DNA of 63,994 nucleotides, filler included, from Octopus bimaculoides (GCF_001194135.2; 4 parts of 4 records of this genome joined end to end with filler, not necessarily neighbours in it); one strand, 5' to 3'. Positions 1-14,328 are shown, numbered from the whole stretch's first letter. The notes: generated from the sequence alone by a model not told the origin. A program made the numbers and translations.

Positions 1-157
1 ACGCACAGACATACAACACTCACACACAAACATGCACATGCAGACGCACACACACATACACACACACTCATACAGAGCTAACATTCTTGTTTTCCCAGCT
101 GATGTTTTTAATGGATATTTTGGGAAACACCAAGGTGGCTGTGGTACATGAAATGAA

Positions 158-543
158 AGTTGTTGTTGGCACTCCGTCACTTACGACGTCGAGGGTTCCA
201 GTTGATCCGATCAACGGAACAGCCTGCTCGTGAAATTAACGTGCAAGTGGCTGAGCACTCCACAGACCCATGTACCCTTAACGTAGTTCTTGGGGATATT
301 CAGCGTGACACAGTGTGACAAGGCTGACCCTTTGAATTACAGGCACAACAGAAAGAGGAAGAAAGAGTGAGAGAAAGTTGTGGTGAAAGAGTACAGCAGG
401 GTTCACCACCATCCCCTGCTGGAGCCTCGTGGAGCTTTAGGTGTTTTTGCTCAATAAACACTCACAACGTCCGGTCTGGGAATTGAAACCGTGATCCTAT
501 GACCGCGAGTCCGCTGCCCTAACCACTGGGCAATTGCACCTCC
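158..543 (-). mobile_element. tRNA-derived SINE family B (tRNA-Arg-like head; probably octopus OR-type)
   Basis: Head ggaggtgcaattgcccagtggttagggcagcggactcgcggtc..ggtttcaattcc; tail ggagtgccaacaacaac; copies at 5700-6010(-), 60997-61308(-), 38139-38385(+), 38393-38640(+) and 44150-44420(+). Confidence 0.8.
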
Positions 544-769
544 ACATGAAATGAAAGAGACCAAGGATTTTAGAGTTCTGTGATCAATGTTCCCTCTAAA
601 CAGTGCACTTGCACCTGCTCACATGGTTTTACAACTAGTGTACTAGTGTACTAAAGGCAAAAAAAATGTGTGTCCACAAGGTTTTCAAGATGAAATCAAT
701 TTTTTTTTTATTGAAGATAGTTACTCACAAAAATGCACACATGCTTTGCAAAGGAAGACAAAATATGTC

Positions 770-1870
770 TATGCATACCTACAGTAAAATATTAGAAAGG
801 ACATTGTCTGTGATGCAGAAGCTCTAATCATTTGCAACTCTAACTTAACCCATAAACTGTGATAGGCCACCTCAGTGGCCAACGCGACAGTGCGACAGGC
901 CACATTCGTGGCCACGGAAGTAGGGCATGATCTGACCAAATTTTGATGACGTATAATGTATGCACATGATACCCTTTCACCCCAGAAACAGTGTAGCCAA
1001 TCACAGAAGGTGTTAAGAAACACTGAGTATTTTTTTCGAGTGATAGATCGATGTTGATCTTTACCCAAATTAGGCTCAGCAGTTCGTGTTACATACAGCA
1101 AAATCCCAGCAGTTTATGGGTTAAGGAAACTTGCCACCTACCGGATCACTTGCCACAAAGTTGAACACACATGATGAGAAAGACTTCATGCTTACCAACT
1201 AACAAGACTTCACAACCAGTTGTGAGCATCAAGTCCTTCTCCAGTAAAGAATGTACCACAAGAGACTAGTGTTTAACGTTGATTCAAGAAAGTGCTATAT
1301 GGATTGAAAGACACAAGAAAATCTGCAGAAAGAAGGTATGGAAACTGAAAGATCCTCTCAGATAAGCATAGGTATAATGAAGTACTGACACTTGTCAAGA
1401 AGGAAGAGGAAATTGGGCCTTGTGCCTAGAATAGAAAGGAAGGAAGAGGAAATAGAGACCTATAGTACAGAAAACAATTGTTAGTTCCTAAGATTACATA
1501 CTTTAAGAAACAGACTAGACCTGTAGATGAGTATGGATTCCTCTTCCTTGAAGCTGACTAGTCTTGTACTGGCATCTTTCTAGTACCCTGACTTACTTGT
1601 CTTTTCACCTCTCAACACCCTTGTTGTGTACACATGCTTCTCCTTTGGCTCCACACTAATCACTATGTACCCAGTCCTTGCTCTATGCCAAAACATTGAT
1701 CCTCTAGAATCTTCTTTCCACTAAGTTTTCCTGCAGGTGCTAACTTGCAACAATTCAAATGATGAACAGCATCAAGTTTGCCAGTCTCTGAAGGCCTGAA
1801 CATGCCCTGGTCACTGTCCCTTATATACTCAGCAAAGAAAACAAAAGGGGGTACAAGAGATGATGACATA
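770..1870 (-). mobile_element. Decayed RTE-type LINE APE-endonuclease/linker region
   Basis: ETGKLDAV near 1780, LLGFC near 1110 and the 769-1101 ORF resemble the RTE endonuclease and linker in order; heavily degenerate. Confidence 0.4.
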
Positions 1871-2855
1871 GTGTTGAAATATTCTGGTGAATATATATAC
1901 AGTGATGATATAGATATCTAAATCAGTAATAAACACCCAAGTGGTCCTCTACATCTTCCTGTGCTTCTTATGTTTGGCCATGTATAGCTTGTACTTTTGC
2001 TGTACATTTAAGATTTGAGGTAGAGAATAAGTCCTGGGGCAGTCAAATGTATGTTTAAACCATCTTAGATCTTTTATGGCCCCATTGTGTCTCTAAGTAC
2101 AGAAGACCTCTCTGCAGGGCCTTGACAATTGCATTTAATACTAATACTACTAATAATAATAATTTATAATTATGACTTCTACAATTATTGCTTTTAGAAA
2201 ACATAGTTTCAACCTTTACAATGATGACAACTCCTATGATGACTCACATTACAACCACTAATACCACCACCACCACCACCACACATACCCACCACCACCG
2301 CTGCCACCACCACATCATCATCATCATCATCATCACAATGTGAGCTTCTTCTACAACTGTCATCAACACAGTAATCACCATCACTACTATCATCAGCAAC
2401 ATTACTACCACCACCACCACCACCACCACCATCACTACAACCTCTTCCATACAAATGCACACCACAACCACCAATGCCACAGCTGTGTCACCCTTTTTTC
2501 AAATCCTTCAATAGATAAAGTTTCCCATGCCAGCTTGTCTCACACTGCCTCAACTCTAACAACACTGCCAGATAACGTAACTACCAACGCAACTACCACC
2601 CTGCCACTGGCGGGTATGGTGGGCATATCAAGGGGGTGGCAGCATAACAGGGTGTGTGTGAAGAAATATCTAGAAGAAATCTCACAGAAGAATGTTAGGG
2701 AAAACGAAATAGAGACTTCCCTTCTGAATATATACACCTCTGTTTATGACTTTAAAAAGCTGTTTTGGAGATTGGAGTATTGTATATGTTTGCATATTTA
2801 TATGTGTAATTCCATTATATACACACACACACACACACATATATATATACTCTCT

Positions 2856-3245
2856 TTTACTCTCTTTTACTTGTTTCAGTCATTTGACTGCGGCCATGCT
2901 GAAGCACCGCCTTTAGTCGAGAAAATCGACCCCAGGACTTATTCTTTGTAAGCCTAGTACTTATTCTATCGGTCTCTTTTTGCCGAACCGCTAAGTTACG
3001 GGGACGTAAACACAGCAGCATCGGTTGTCAAGCGATGGTGGAGGGACAAACACACACACATATATATATATATACATATATATACGACGGGCTTCTTTCA
3101 GTTTCCGTCTACCAAATCCACTCACAAGGCTTTGGTCGGCCCGAGGCTATAGTAGAAGACATTTGCCCAAGATGCCACGCAGTGGGACTGAACCCGGAAC
3201 TATGTGGCTGGTAAGCAAGCTACTTACCACACAGCCACTCCTGCA
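2856..3245 (-). mobile_element. tRNA-derived SINE family A (internal TA/TG microsatellite)
   Basis: A box tggctgtgtggt and B box gggttcagtccc; near-identical copies at 12376-12769(+), 14125-14929(+), 32240-32655(+) and 41257-41580(+); partial copies at 5264, 15095, 17415, 34680 and 50153. Confidence 0.85.
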
Positions 3246-4021
3246 TATATTTATGTTGATAGTTGTGTTTGTGAATGTATGATGTGTATATATATATATA
3301 TGTATGTATGTATGTATTTATGTATGTATGTATGTATGTATGTATGTATGTATGTGAGTGTACATATATATGTACACGTACACACACATATTTATGAAAT
3401 AAAAGAAACTGAAAATGTACTAAGATCATATAAGATTTATTTATATTCAAATTAATACAGTGCATTTTATTTTATATATATCTATATGAGAAATAAAATG
3501 CATCCAGTACATTCTTTAAAGTAACTGGTATCAAGAGCAGCAGCCAGCTGAAGAGAGAATACTAAAAACAGAATCTAGGAATGAGATATGGCTCTTGAAA
3601 TAAAAACTGATTTTGACTGTGTAATAAGCCAAATAATCCATACAAATATAGAAAGTGTATGTAAAATGATGATGATGAAGACAATGTGTGTGTATGCATA
3701 TGTATATGTATCTGTACATATGTGTGTGGGCATATATGTTGATGGAAACTATGGAAGAGGAAGGACAAAGAAGACATGGACAGAAGTAATGATGTCAGAC
3801 ATAATGAAGTAGTGAAGTCAGATTAGCAGTGTCGTTTATTTCCAATCTTCTGTGAAAACAGGTCTGACCCTGAGAGAATATTATCTCACTTGGAAACAAT
3901 TGAGACTGAACCCAAAACACATGATTGTGAAGTGAACTTCATATCTACAAAGCCATGCCTGCATCAATAGACATGTCTGTGTCCACAGCCATATCAGTGC
4001 TTATAAATATACTAGTGCCTC

Positions 4022-4064
<43 letters not shown>

Positions 4065-4403
4065 TTCCTACATATGTTTCAACATTATCGCTGTTTGGAA
4101 ACTGGATATTCCAAGTCCATATGAATGCTTCACCAGAATGGATCATCAGGGAACACCTTATTGCATTAAGTTACAGTGAACTAATGTATGAATCTGTATT
4201 TATCTTAATTCTTCCTACATTTGGTCTGTGTCTCATTACTATTATTTCATTACTATCAGTACAGTGGTTACTTGATCACTATACTGATAGCAGACTGGAG
4301 TATGATAATCTAGGTGGAACTCTAAACATAACAGTAACAGTTGTGCATCTATTTATGTACGTACAAAATTTTATATATGTTTATACACACGCATACATGC
4401 ACA

Positions 4404-4463
<60 letters not shown>

Positions 4464-4880
4464 NNNNNNNNNNNNNNNNNNNNNNNNNNNNNNNNNNNNN
4501 NNNNNNNNNNNNNNNNNNNNNNNNNNNNNNNNNNNNNNNNNNNNNNNNNNNNNNNNNNNNNNNNNNNNNNNNNNNNNNNNNNNNNNNNNNNNNNNNNNNN
4601 NNNNNNNNNNNNNNNNNNNNNNNNNNNNNNNNNNNNNNNNNNNNNNNNNNNNNNNNNNNNNNNNNNNNNNNNNNNNNNNNNNNNNNNNNNNNNNNNNNNN
4701 NNNNNNNNNNNNNNNNNNNNNNNNNNNNNNNNNNNNNNNNNNNNNNNNNNNNNNNNNNNNNNNNNNNNNNNNNNNNNNNNNNNNNNNNNNNNNNNNNNNN
4801 NNNNNNNNNNNNNNNNNNNNNNNNNNNNNNNNNNNNNNNNNNNNNNNNNNNNNNNNNNNNNNNNNNNNNNNNNNNNNNNN
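4464..4880. other. Sized assembly gap after a (TA)n tract (others at 14329-14677, 59187-59454, and 10 N at 33622-33631)
   Basis: Runs of N. Confidence 0.99.
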
Positions 4881-7353
4881 TTCTATTTGAAAATTGGTTA
4901 TGAAACACGTGTAATCTTTTTATTATATTTATCTTATGATATTTACTTTACTTTATATTATACTCATTTATTGTGCTTTTAATTATTAATTTTTCTATAT
5001 GTGATAGTGGATTTTCATCGATGAGTTCTTGAAAATTGGTTATTTTCCCTAAAACTATATATATTTTATATATACTTTATCTATAAGGCTCAATTTAATT
5101 TTTTATAAATTGATTTTAATTGAGTTTTTTACCTGTAATTTTGGATTTTGTCCCTAATAATATTATTATATATATATATATATTAGTCCAATGCATGCCA
5201 CCATGGAAGTCAGATGTTAAATGAAAAGGATTTTATATGTGTGTGTGTGTGTGTATTTATATAGGTGCAAATGTGGTTGTGTGTTAAGAAGTTTGCTTCC
5301 CAGCCACATAGTTCAGGGTTTGGTCCCACTGCATAGCACCTTGGGCAAGTGCCTTCTACTATAGCCAACCAAAGCTTTTACTTGGGTCTACCAGATGGAA
5401 AGTGAAAGAAGTCCACTGTGTGTGTGTGTGTGTATGCATGCATATATGTAGGTCTGTGTGTCTGAATGTATGTTTCTACCTCCTTATCTTGACAATGTGC
5501 AATAGTTGTAAAATGATTATCTCTGTCACACAAGTAGTGTCATTCATTTCCAATATTCTGCAGGAACATACTGGTAATGTGGAAATATTATCTTGTTTGG
5601 AAACAGGTGAATGTTGGTGACAGGAAGGGTATCTCAATAAACTCCATCTGACTCATACAATTATGCAAAAGTAGATGATAAAATGATGATGATGATATTT
5701 TGGCACTCAGTTATAATGACAAGACTTCCAGTTGATCCAATCAATACAACAGCTTGCTTGTGTAATTAATGTACAAGTGTCTGAGTAGTCCACAGACACA
5801 TGTGCCCTTAACGTAATTCTCAGGGAGATTCACCATGACACAGAATGTGACAAAGCTGGCCCTTTGAAATACAGGTACTGCCAGCTGAGTGGACTGGAGT
5901 AACGTGAAATAAAGTGTCTTGCTCAAGGACACACTGTGTCACCAGGAATTGAACTCACGATCTTGTGATTGTAAACCGAACACCCTAACCACTAAGCCAT
6001 GTGCCTTCACAATGAAAATGATGATGATATATATGTATATAGCAAATGATGATGATAAATATGTAGCTCTAATGATGGAATACTCAACCTATGGAATCCT
6101 TACTCAATATAACGTTCCACACGCTTGGCTGTTTTAGAAACAGCTGTAAGATACTCTGTGTATCTATATTCTCTATCTAAATTAAATATCTTTTTCAAGT
6201 GATGCCAAACAGTTTACATTTTTCATTTTTACTTTAATCTTTATGATATATATATGTGTGTGTATATCAGGTTTAAAAAATGAAGAAAATGTTGTTATAT
6301 AATTTTATTCAGTTTGTATGGAATACTCTAAGGATTTAAGCTATACAAATTCCCATCTGTCTCACTTGACATTCTGTTAGCCAAGCTTTTTTGCGTGGAA
6401 TGCTGACTGAGGTATTTGTCTGGATTTCTTCGGTCTACTTCTTATCACTACACACACACATCATCATCATCATCGTTTATATATAATGATATATACTGAT
6501 AAACACATATAATGATATATAAAAAAAAATAAGTACTGAGGTTGATTTGTTCAACTAAAATTCTTCGAGGTGCTGCTGTAGCATGGTCACAGTCTAATGA
6601 CTGAAACAAACAGAAGTTAGAAGGTGTGTGTGTGTGTGTGTGTGTGTGTTTGTATGTATTTCACATACAAATAATAATAGTGAGTTTATTGTATTCAGTG
6701 CTCAGATGAACTGCAAATTATTGAAAAAGAAAGCAGCAACAGCCTAAGTATGGAAAGACAGTAATGATAGCCAAAAGTGCATGTGTCATGCACAGAATAA
6801 ATCACAAGAAGATAGAAAAGAGAACAATAAAACTGTTATGAAGAAGAAATGGCAGACAAACATGCCAAGAGTAGTGTTGGTGAATTTTGGAAAGCATAGA
6901 ATTCTTGAAGGGTGCAGTGTCCTGACAGCTAACCGCCACCATAAGTAGTTTAATCTGTGCTTCAATATTTCTGAGCATGATAAAATGTTTCTGAAAGTCA
7001 TGGGAACTGTGTTGTTTAAAAGCATATAAATGTGGATTTGAATATACATGCATACAAAGGGGTGCTGAAAACTCCCGGGCTTTGAGTAAAAGGAAATACA
7101 GGAGGATCACATGATTATGATTTTATTTAACATATTTCCCTCTCAGATTCACACACTTATTGCAGCAGTCCTTCAGTTTTTCTAAGCCCTGTGAAAGAAC
7201 TCAGAAATTTGGGCCTCTAACCTAGCCTTCCACGATGTACTTAAAGCCAGGAACTTTTCAGCACCCCCTCATATATGTGTGTTAATGTGTATGTATCTTT
7301 ATATGTATGTGTATACACACCCTCTAATTTAATTTTTTTTTTTTATCTTTCAG

Positions 7354-7380
7354 TTCAATATTCAGAACAAGATAAAGTTG
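7354..7380 (+). CDS. Candidate 27-nt microexon (QYSEQDKV or FNIQNKIKL) of an unidentified plus-strand gene
   Basis: ttttttttttttatctttcag|TTCAATATTCAGAACAAGATAAAGTTG|gtaagg; length 3n, two open frames; peptide not recognised. Confidence 0.4.
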
Positions 7381-8171
7381 GTAAGGAATTACTTTAGTTG
7401 ATATTTTATCATTGTTATCATTATCATCATTATCATCATTAACATCATTAACATCACACATCATAAGCATCACACATCATTAACATCATAAGCCTTGATC
7501 TTCCCCACTTCGCCATCACCACCACCATCATCATCATTATCATAAGCCAGAGTGCCTCTATATTATCGCTGAACCTACAAAAGTTGCAGCCAGATCACCC
7601 TCAAATTACACCTATTTCAAAAAAGAATAATATATTTTATAATATAATCCTTGATATCAAAATATGAGGGCCATGGCCAGAACACCGATGTGTCATATAA
7701 TAATGTGTGTATAAGTGTGTGTATATATTTATCTATTATACACAAAATTTTCTAAACACCTCTGTGACCTGATCACCAATACATGTGGAAAAGTTAAGCA
7801 AGCATGTAGGAGACCCACATCTGCCTCCAAAGGTTCAACAAAAACTGAGGAAAAACTTGAGGCCTGTAAAAACTTGCTAGTGACTTAATATTAATCAGTT
7901 ACAATGAAATTGTGTTAGTGACTATGCCACAGATGTGTGAAGAAAATGTTAATATCTGAAGAAATAAAGCAAAAAAATGAATATAACAATTTTTGTGGGT
8001 TCTTAAAAAGCTAAAATGGATCTTCCATGATGTAATTACATCAATTTCCAGACTCTCTGATCAGGTCACTTACTAAACAATTACGGCTCAACTGTATGTT
8101 TGTGTGTGTGTGTGTGTGTGTGCCTGCCTGTCTGTATGTATATATACATATGCATATTTATGTTGGTATGC

Positions 8172-8211
<40 letters not shown>

Positions 8212-9032
8212 GCACACACACACACATATCTATATGATAAAAACACACACACAAACACACATACTATTGTTCATCCACTTATGTTCCTATATGAACTTAA
8301 CCGAATACCAAAACTCATCGTTCTTGTGATTAGTTTTCATTGATTTTTGTTGTTCTTATTGTGACTGCCATTTGTGCTCCTTTCTAGTTATTTCTGTTAT
8401 TGTTGCTATACTCATCATGTCTCCACCCATACACTCTCTTATCCACCATTCTGAGATGTCTCGTAATCCAATTTGCCAATTCCTTCTGCACCATACAACA
8501 TAAATATTGTAGACAAAGCTTTCATTGTCAGAGCACCAGTTTCCATTTAGCTGAAAGACGACAGCCTTTAGAGAAGAAACGGTGTGGATTCCTGGTGTTT
8601 GATAAGCACTTTGGTTAATTCTCAGACTGCTGATTTTTTTGCATATATTACAGTGTATGTGTGTGTGTGTATGTGTGTGCATGTGTGTGTGTGTGCATGC
8701 ATGTGTGCGTGTGTTTGTTGGGAGGGGACAATTGACACTATTTTCAGCATCATATTGATATTTTGTAAAAAAAAAAACCTTATCTTTATCTTATAAGACA
8801 TCTAGTGTGTGTGTGTGTGTGGCAGGGGAACAGTTTTTTTAAAGCAGGAACATGTATCTAAAGACTCAATCTTGAATGACATCTCAATACAGTTAATAAA
8901 ATATATTTAAATAAGGGAGCGTTGGTACTGACCTTTGTGTAACTCTTATAAAGTTACTGAACTAATTTATTGATCTATCATTTTTATGTTAGGAAAAAAA
9001 GGCTGATTTCTATAAGAATATTCACACATGCA

Positions 9033-9062
9033 CACACACACACACACACACACGCACGCACG

Positions 9063-9148
<86 letters not shown>
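9033..9148 (+). repeat. (CA)n microsatellite, representative of the very dense TA, CA, GA, CAT, AAT, CATA and GATA arrays across the window
   Basis: Direct inspection; other long arrays at 19025-19095, 27833-27908, 28344-28445, 54198-54310 and 56012-56370. Confidence 0.95.
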
Positions 9149-9149
<1 letters not shown>

Positions 9150-9720
9150 GTAGAAAGGCAGAGAACAATTGCAAATAGGTTTTATAAGTACACATACATG
9201 GAATGCAAAATACGAAGTATGAAATAAAGAATACAAAATAAACAAAAGATATTATGTAATAGTCTTATCTTGACAGGTGTTTTGTGTAAACCATGGCTTA
9301 TGCCATAACCACATACATTATGGATTATTATAACCAAATAATGTCATGAGTATATGAAATAGCACAAGTCTCTGTGGATCCTTTTGGCAAGGCCAGGTCA
9401 GCTTCATTGGAAGAATGTAGCAAAACACACACACATACACACACACACATTACACATATATATCATATATATAACAAAACAGGAACCTGGAAAATTTTTT
9501 GGTATTATCTATTCACCATTACACATGTTTCATTTGCTAATAGAAACCACAAAATTGTACATGGATAAACATGTAAGAAATTTCCTTTTAGATATTCTTC
9601 AGACAGATTAATGACCTGTAAAGGCATGGTATTTTGTTATGTAACTATAATATACTACAAAGTATATTAAATGATTTTATAAGTCAACACCATGTTCTAC
9701 TGCGTTAGCAGTGTTATTAC

Positions 9721-10081
9721 ATCACTTGTTAAGGTTACCTTTACAGATTTTCTATAGAAATTATAGTCAGCTCTGGTTTTGTTATGATGTTTCATATCCA
9801 AGATGCCAGATGTAAACAACAATGAGACTGAAGATAAAAAATGGAAATGGGGATGTATGACATTTTTCAGGAGTTTCTGCTCCTTTATCAGCAGCCATCC
9901 AACCCATTAATCATTCATAAACTCATTGCTTAAACAGCCACTAAATATATCGGTGTAGCATTATTGGATATATCCATTTATCATCTTTGATCTCATTGTT
10001 GTTTACATCTGGTGTCTCGGATACAAAATGTCATAACACAATTTCTATAGTAAACCTGTTGAGATAACCTTAACGAGTGAT
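9721..10081. repeat. Inverted repeat, ~100-115-bp arms around a ~140-bp loop (MITE-like)
   Basis: Identical 22-mer ccagatgtaaacaacaatgaga (9806-9827) and its reverse complement (9991-10012); termini atcacttgttaaggtta / taaccttaacgagtgat. Confidence 0.85.
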
Positions 10082-11122
10082 TTGCAGACAGAGAATCAAA
10101 CAATATTGTATTGTTTGATTTTCTGTCTGAAGAATTTGTAATAGGAAATTTCTTACATGCAGGCAATGTTTCCAGAATTTTCAAGTTTAATATGTACCTC
10201 ACATCAAGACAATAATGACAACTGCATAGTGGATTGTAACACTGGATGTGCTTCAAGAGAACACAGCTTTGATTTTTTTCTCTACCTTTGTCTATTGAGA
10301 TTCAAATAGTTTATAGAATTTTAATACAACATCCTTATTCCTTTCAGTCATTGTAAAATAGCTGATTTTTTAATGGTTTCTTGACTTCACTTTCTCTTTG
10401 GACACATGACAATAGATTTTTGACAAAATATAGCCCAAAGAACACTACTTTTAACCTAAATTTTCACCCAGCAATAATACATTGATGTAGACATGAAACA
10501 GCAATTAAATCAGACATCCTCTTGCTGTCATCATACAAAAGGTGTTTTTACTCAAAATTTATTAGAATTATCAAATTTTTTTAGTTCAATCTTTTATTTA
10601 TATTCAGGCTTCCCACAACAGCATTGTTTTGGCTCTCTCAAACTTCTGAAAGCGCTGATGTCATATTTTTTTGTATAGGGGTTTCATTATTTGAAGGGTA
10701 GTATGTTGTGCTGGGAGAGTTTTGATGGCTATATTTATAGCAGTATGATGTACTGTAAGGAGGCTCCTCTGGTTATTGTTGTTTAACCTCAATTCAACCT
10801 TACCAAACAACCAATGATTAGGGGCATTTCAGTATTGACCATCCTGTCTTTTTGTAATATCAGGAACTATGTTCTCTAATCTGTCATTTTTAAGGCAATG
10901 CTGATCTATGATTTGACAGAGAGAGAGAGAGAAAAAAAAAGAGATTTGGTTACTCTTTCTAGTAGACTGATTGACTACACAGAGGCTCTGTTGGTTCATA
11001 ACTGTTTTAGTTGTAGTTTAGTTCTGGATTAGTTCTGATTGAGTTGACTTATGACAAGTGTTTCAGCTGTGACCATCCTGTATGTCAGGGACTACTGCAT
11101 TGTCTGATGTGCTTTTTTTTAA

Positions 11123-11319
11123 CCCTTTAACATTCAGATTACTCTGTTGTATGTAATGCTTATTTATCCTGATTATTTTGAATTAATCATGACTAATCTC
11201 GTAGCTTTGAGATTTCAATGATGTGATTGTTTAGTTTTAGAATGACATTGTAGGTTAGGTTTGAACATAAAATAGGTAGAATATTTGGGTCAGATACAGC
11301 CAGTTGAAATGCTAAAGAG
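11123..11319. mobile_element. piggyBac-like MITE with TTAA target duplication
   Basis: TTAA|ccctttaacatt...aatgctaaagag|TTAA; related copies at ~36749-36968 and ~42228-42431. Confidence 0.7.
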
Positions 11320-12375
11320 TTAAGACAATAAGACATGTGATTTGAAGAAAGTTTGGTGCTATTTCTAGCAATTCACGTGACTCCACATAGGCCCCTTTGT
11401 TGGTTTGTAGCAGTTTTAGTCATTGTTAAGTCCCAGAAGCATTACAAAACACCTGGTGTGAATTTGATAATCCAGTGCTCAATTAAGGCCAGGGGTAAAA
11501 GATGGCAAAATTATGCTTACACTGTGCTGTATTGTTAATACTGATATGACATAGAATTCAAGTTTACTGTGACTAGTAGCCATCATGAAAATTAAAGACC
11601 ACCAGATTCAAATCATTGTCTTGAACCATCAAAGTTACCATACTAGTGAATCCAAGATTAATGACATTCAGCTTATGTTATGAATACCAGGGGCATTGTA
11701 AAGTTGATGAGTATTTTATCAGTTATTAGGACCGAGTTCAGGTTCTTCTATGGGTATAACTTAAAAGAATGACAAGCAGAGGAAGCCTGCTTAATATAGC
11801 TGATAAATATTCTTTCAATCATTCTCTACTTTCAAAAATGAGAGGACACATTAAATATTGTGGTCCTAAATATGCTGTGATTGACAAAGACAGGGTGTTC
11901 ATAGCTAGAAACATCTTTGATCATAAATCTATTTAATAAAGGCTGGTTTGGGGTTAGCAACAACTCCATCATCACTATTAATGATTCATCATCACCACTA
12001 CCGTAACCATCATCCTCGCTGTCACTGTCTTCATCATTGTTAACATTACCATGAATACCGTTATCATCACCATCACAAGCTTGAGACCGGGAACATCTAT
12101 ACAATCATCGAGCTGGATAGAATCAGCAGTTAACTCTCCCTCAAATCACATCCTACTGTCTTTAATAATTTGAATGTCATATTGGATAAAGTATTCCTAG
12201 ATACACTATGTTTGGAAAGAAGGCAAATACGGGTAATTAACTGATACTTTCATTTTTCTGGGATGGGGTTGCTTAAATAAAAGTACTAATCAAGAATTAA
12301 TCATTGATTCAATCTAGCCTTGCCTCAACTCCTAAATTTGTGGGCTTGTTGGCTATGTTAAAAATGATTAAACAA

Positions 12376-12769
12376 GGCGTAGGAGTGGCTGTGTGGTAAG
12401 TTGCTTGCTTACCAACCACATGGTTCCGGGTTCAGTCCCACTGCATGGCATCTTGGGCAAATGTCTTCTACTATAGCCTTGGGCCGACCGAAGCCTTGTG
12501 AGTGGATTTGATAGACGGAAACTGAAAGAAGCCCGTCGTATATATGTATATATATGTGTATGTGTATGTGCTTGTGTGTTTGTCCTCCCAACATCGCTTG
12601 ACAAACGATGCTGGTGTGTTTACGTCCCCGTAACTTAGCGGTTCGGCAAAAGAGACCGATAGAATAAGTACTAGGCTTCCAAAGAATAAGTCCTGGGGTC
12701 GATTTTCTCGACTAAAGGTAGTGCTCCAGCATGGCCACAGTCAAAAGACTGAAACAAGTAAAAGAGTAA
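12376..12769 (+). mobile_element. SINE family A, full-length copy
   Basis: ggcgtaggagtggctgtgtggtaag...gactgaaacaagtaaaagagtaa. Confidence 0.85.
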
Positions 12770-14124
12770 GCCAATAAAGGATTATTTATGTGAAAACTCA
12801 GCCTGCCAGAAATAACAGCCAAACTCCCCTACATCATATCCTACCATCTTGACTAACTCAGTCCTAGATTCTTGCACATAGGAAAAGGATGGCCATTCCT
12901 GGTATGATTTTGACTGTAGGTTGGCTTTATCAGAATTGCTAACCTGGTGTCAAGTAACAACTGCCAAATGCCCCTCATATCACACACCCTTCTATCTTAG
13001 AAAAAGGAAGATTATTAAACCCTAACTCTAACCCTGATATACAAAAAACTGGATAGTCATATCTGGAATGTCTTTGATCAATAGGTTTTTCTCTTTATGG
13101 GCTGAACTGGAGCTAAACAAGAACAACATTAACTTCAACAATCAATACCAGAGCAGACTTTGGTAAAAGCATAACCACTCACACAGTACTTAGTGTACTA
13201 GTTTCACTGGAGCCTGTTGACAATCCACTACCATGACCATCACCACTACACATAATCACTATTGCTTGGGTATAGTGTAGGACTGGTGAGCTGAGGCTTG
13301 TGAAATGTCTGGAATGTTGCCTACTTCATCCTTACCTCTTAAATATTACAATGACAACAACAGCAATTGTAACTGATATTATAATTAGAATAGTAATCAA
13401 AGTAACACAACAATAAACTTAATTACAGTAACAACCATAATTAGCATCACCACTGCCACTACCACCACCGGCATCTTTATATGAGCTTTTGCGGAAGCCT
13501 ACATGGTCACTTGACCTTTTAGGAATAACAGCTAAATCTCCCTGAAATCACACTCTGCTATTTTTAAAAAGGGACATATTAAATAATGTAGCCTTGTATA
13601 TACTAGCCCTGAAAAAGCCAGGATAGTCATGGCTGGAATGCCTTTTGATCATAGGTCTGTTCAATCAATATTGACATGAGGTTAAACAGAAAAACATGGC
13701 TAATTACAGCAAGAACTATTTAAATACCACCACCAATACTGCTACAACAGCAACAACAACAATGCTAAAATGATAATAGCAATAAGAGCAACCACAACAA
13801 CAATGGCAATTTTAACAATCTGTTAATTATGTTAATTATGTCTAGTTGTTAGTGATGATTATGATGATGATATAGTAATTATGGAATGTTTCAGAATATT
13901 CTTAATGATTTATTGTTGTTTGCTTCATTAAATAGTATTTTAGCGTTGTAGTTGTGTGTGTGTGTATGTGTGTATGTACATATCTATGTACTGTATGTAT
14001 GCGTGTACATACACATGTATGCATGTGTGTGTATATGAGCTTATGTGTACTGACAATTTGTGTGTGTGATTGCATGAATGTATTTATGAATATGTATAGT
14101 TGTGGGTGTGTATCTCAAAATGTA

Positions 14125-14295
14125 GGCGCAGGAGTGGCTGTGTGGTTAGTAGCTTGCTTACCAACCACATGGTTCCGGGTTCAGTCCCACTGCGTGGCAC
14201 CTTGGGCAAGTGTCTTCTACTATAGCCTCAGGCCGACCAAAGCTTTGCGAGTGGATTTGGTAGACGGAAACTGCAAGAAGCCTGTCCTATATATG

Positions 14296-14328
<33 letters not shown>

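Noticed and set aside
2209-2951. His/Gly/Val-rich ORFs up to 203 aa (and similar ORFs at 18.9-19.1, 35.4-35.7, 37.3-37.7, 38.8-39.1, 40.2-40.6 and 42.7-43.1 kb)
   Set aside because: Translations of (CAC/CAT/AAC)n simple repeats, open in several frames; only the PARP exon buried in 37340-37669 is real.
4025-4982. Long ORFs of 150-290 aa here and at 13.9-14.8 and 58.9-59.5 kb
   Set aside because: They run through N gaps and (TA)n/(TG)n tracts.
9840-9910. Minus-frame peptide EQKLLKNVIHPHFHFLSS resembling RALGAPB QEILKNV..QPHFLEFL
   Set aside because: Short, no splice sites, lacks the conserved LGW, and sits in the loop of a foldback element.
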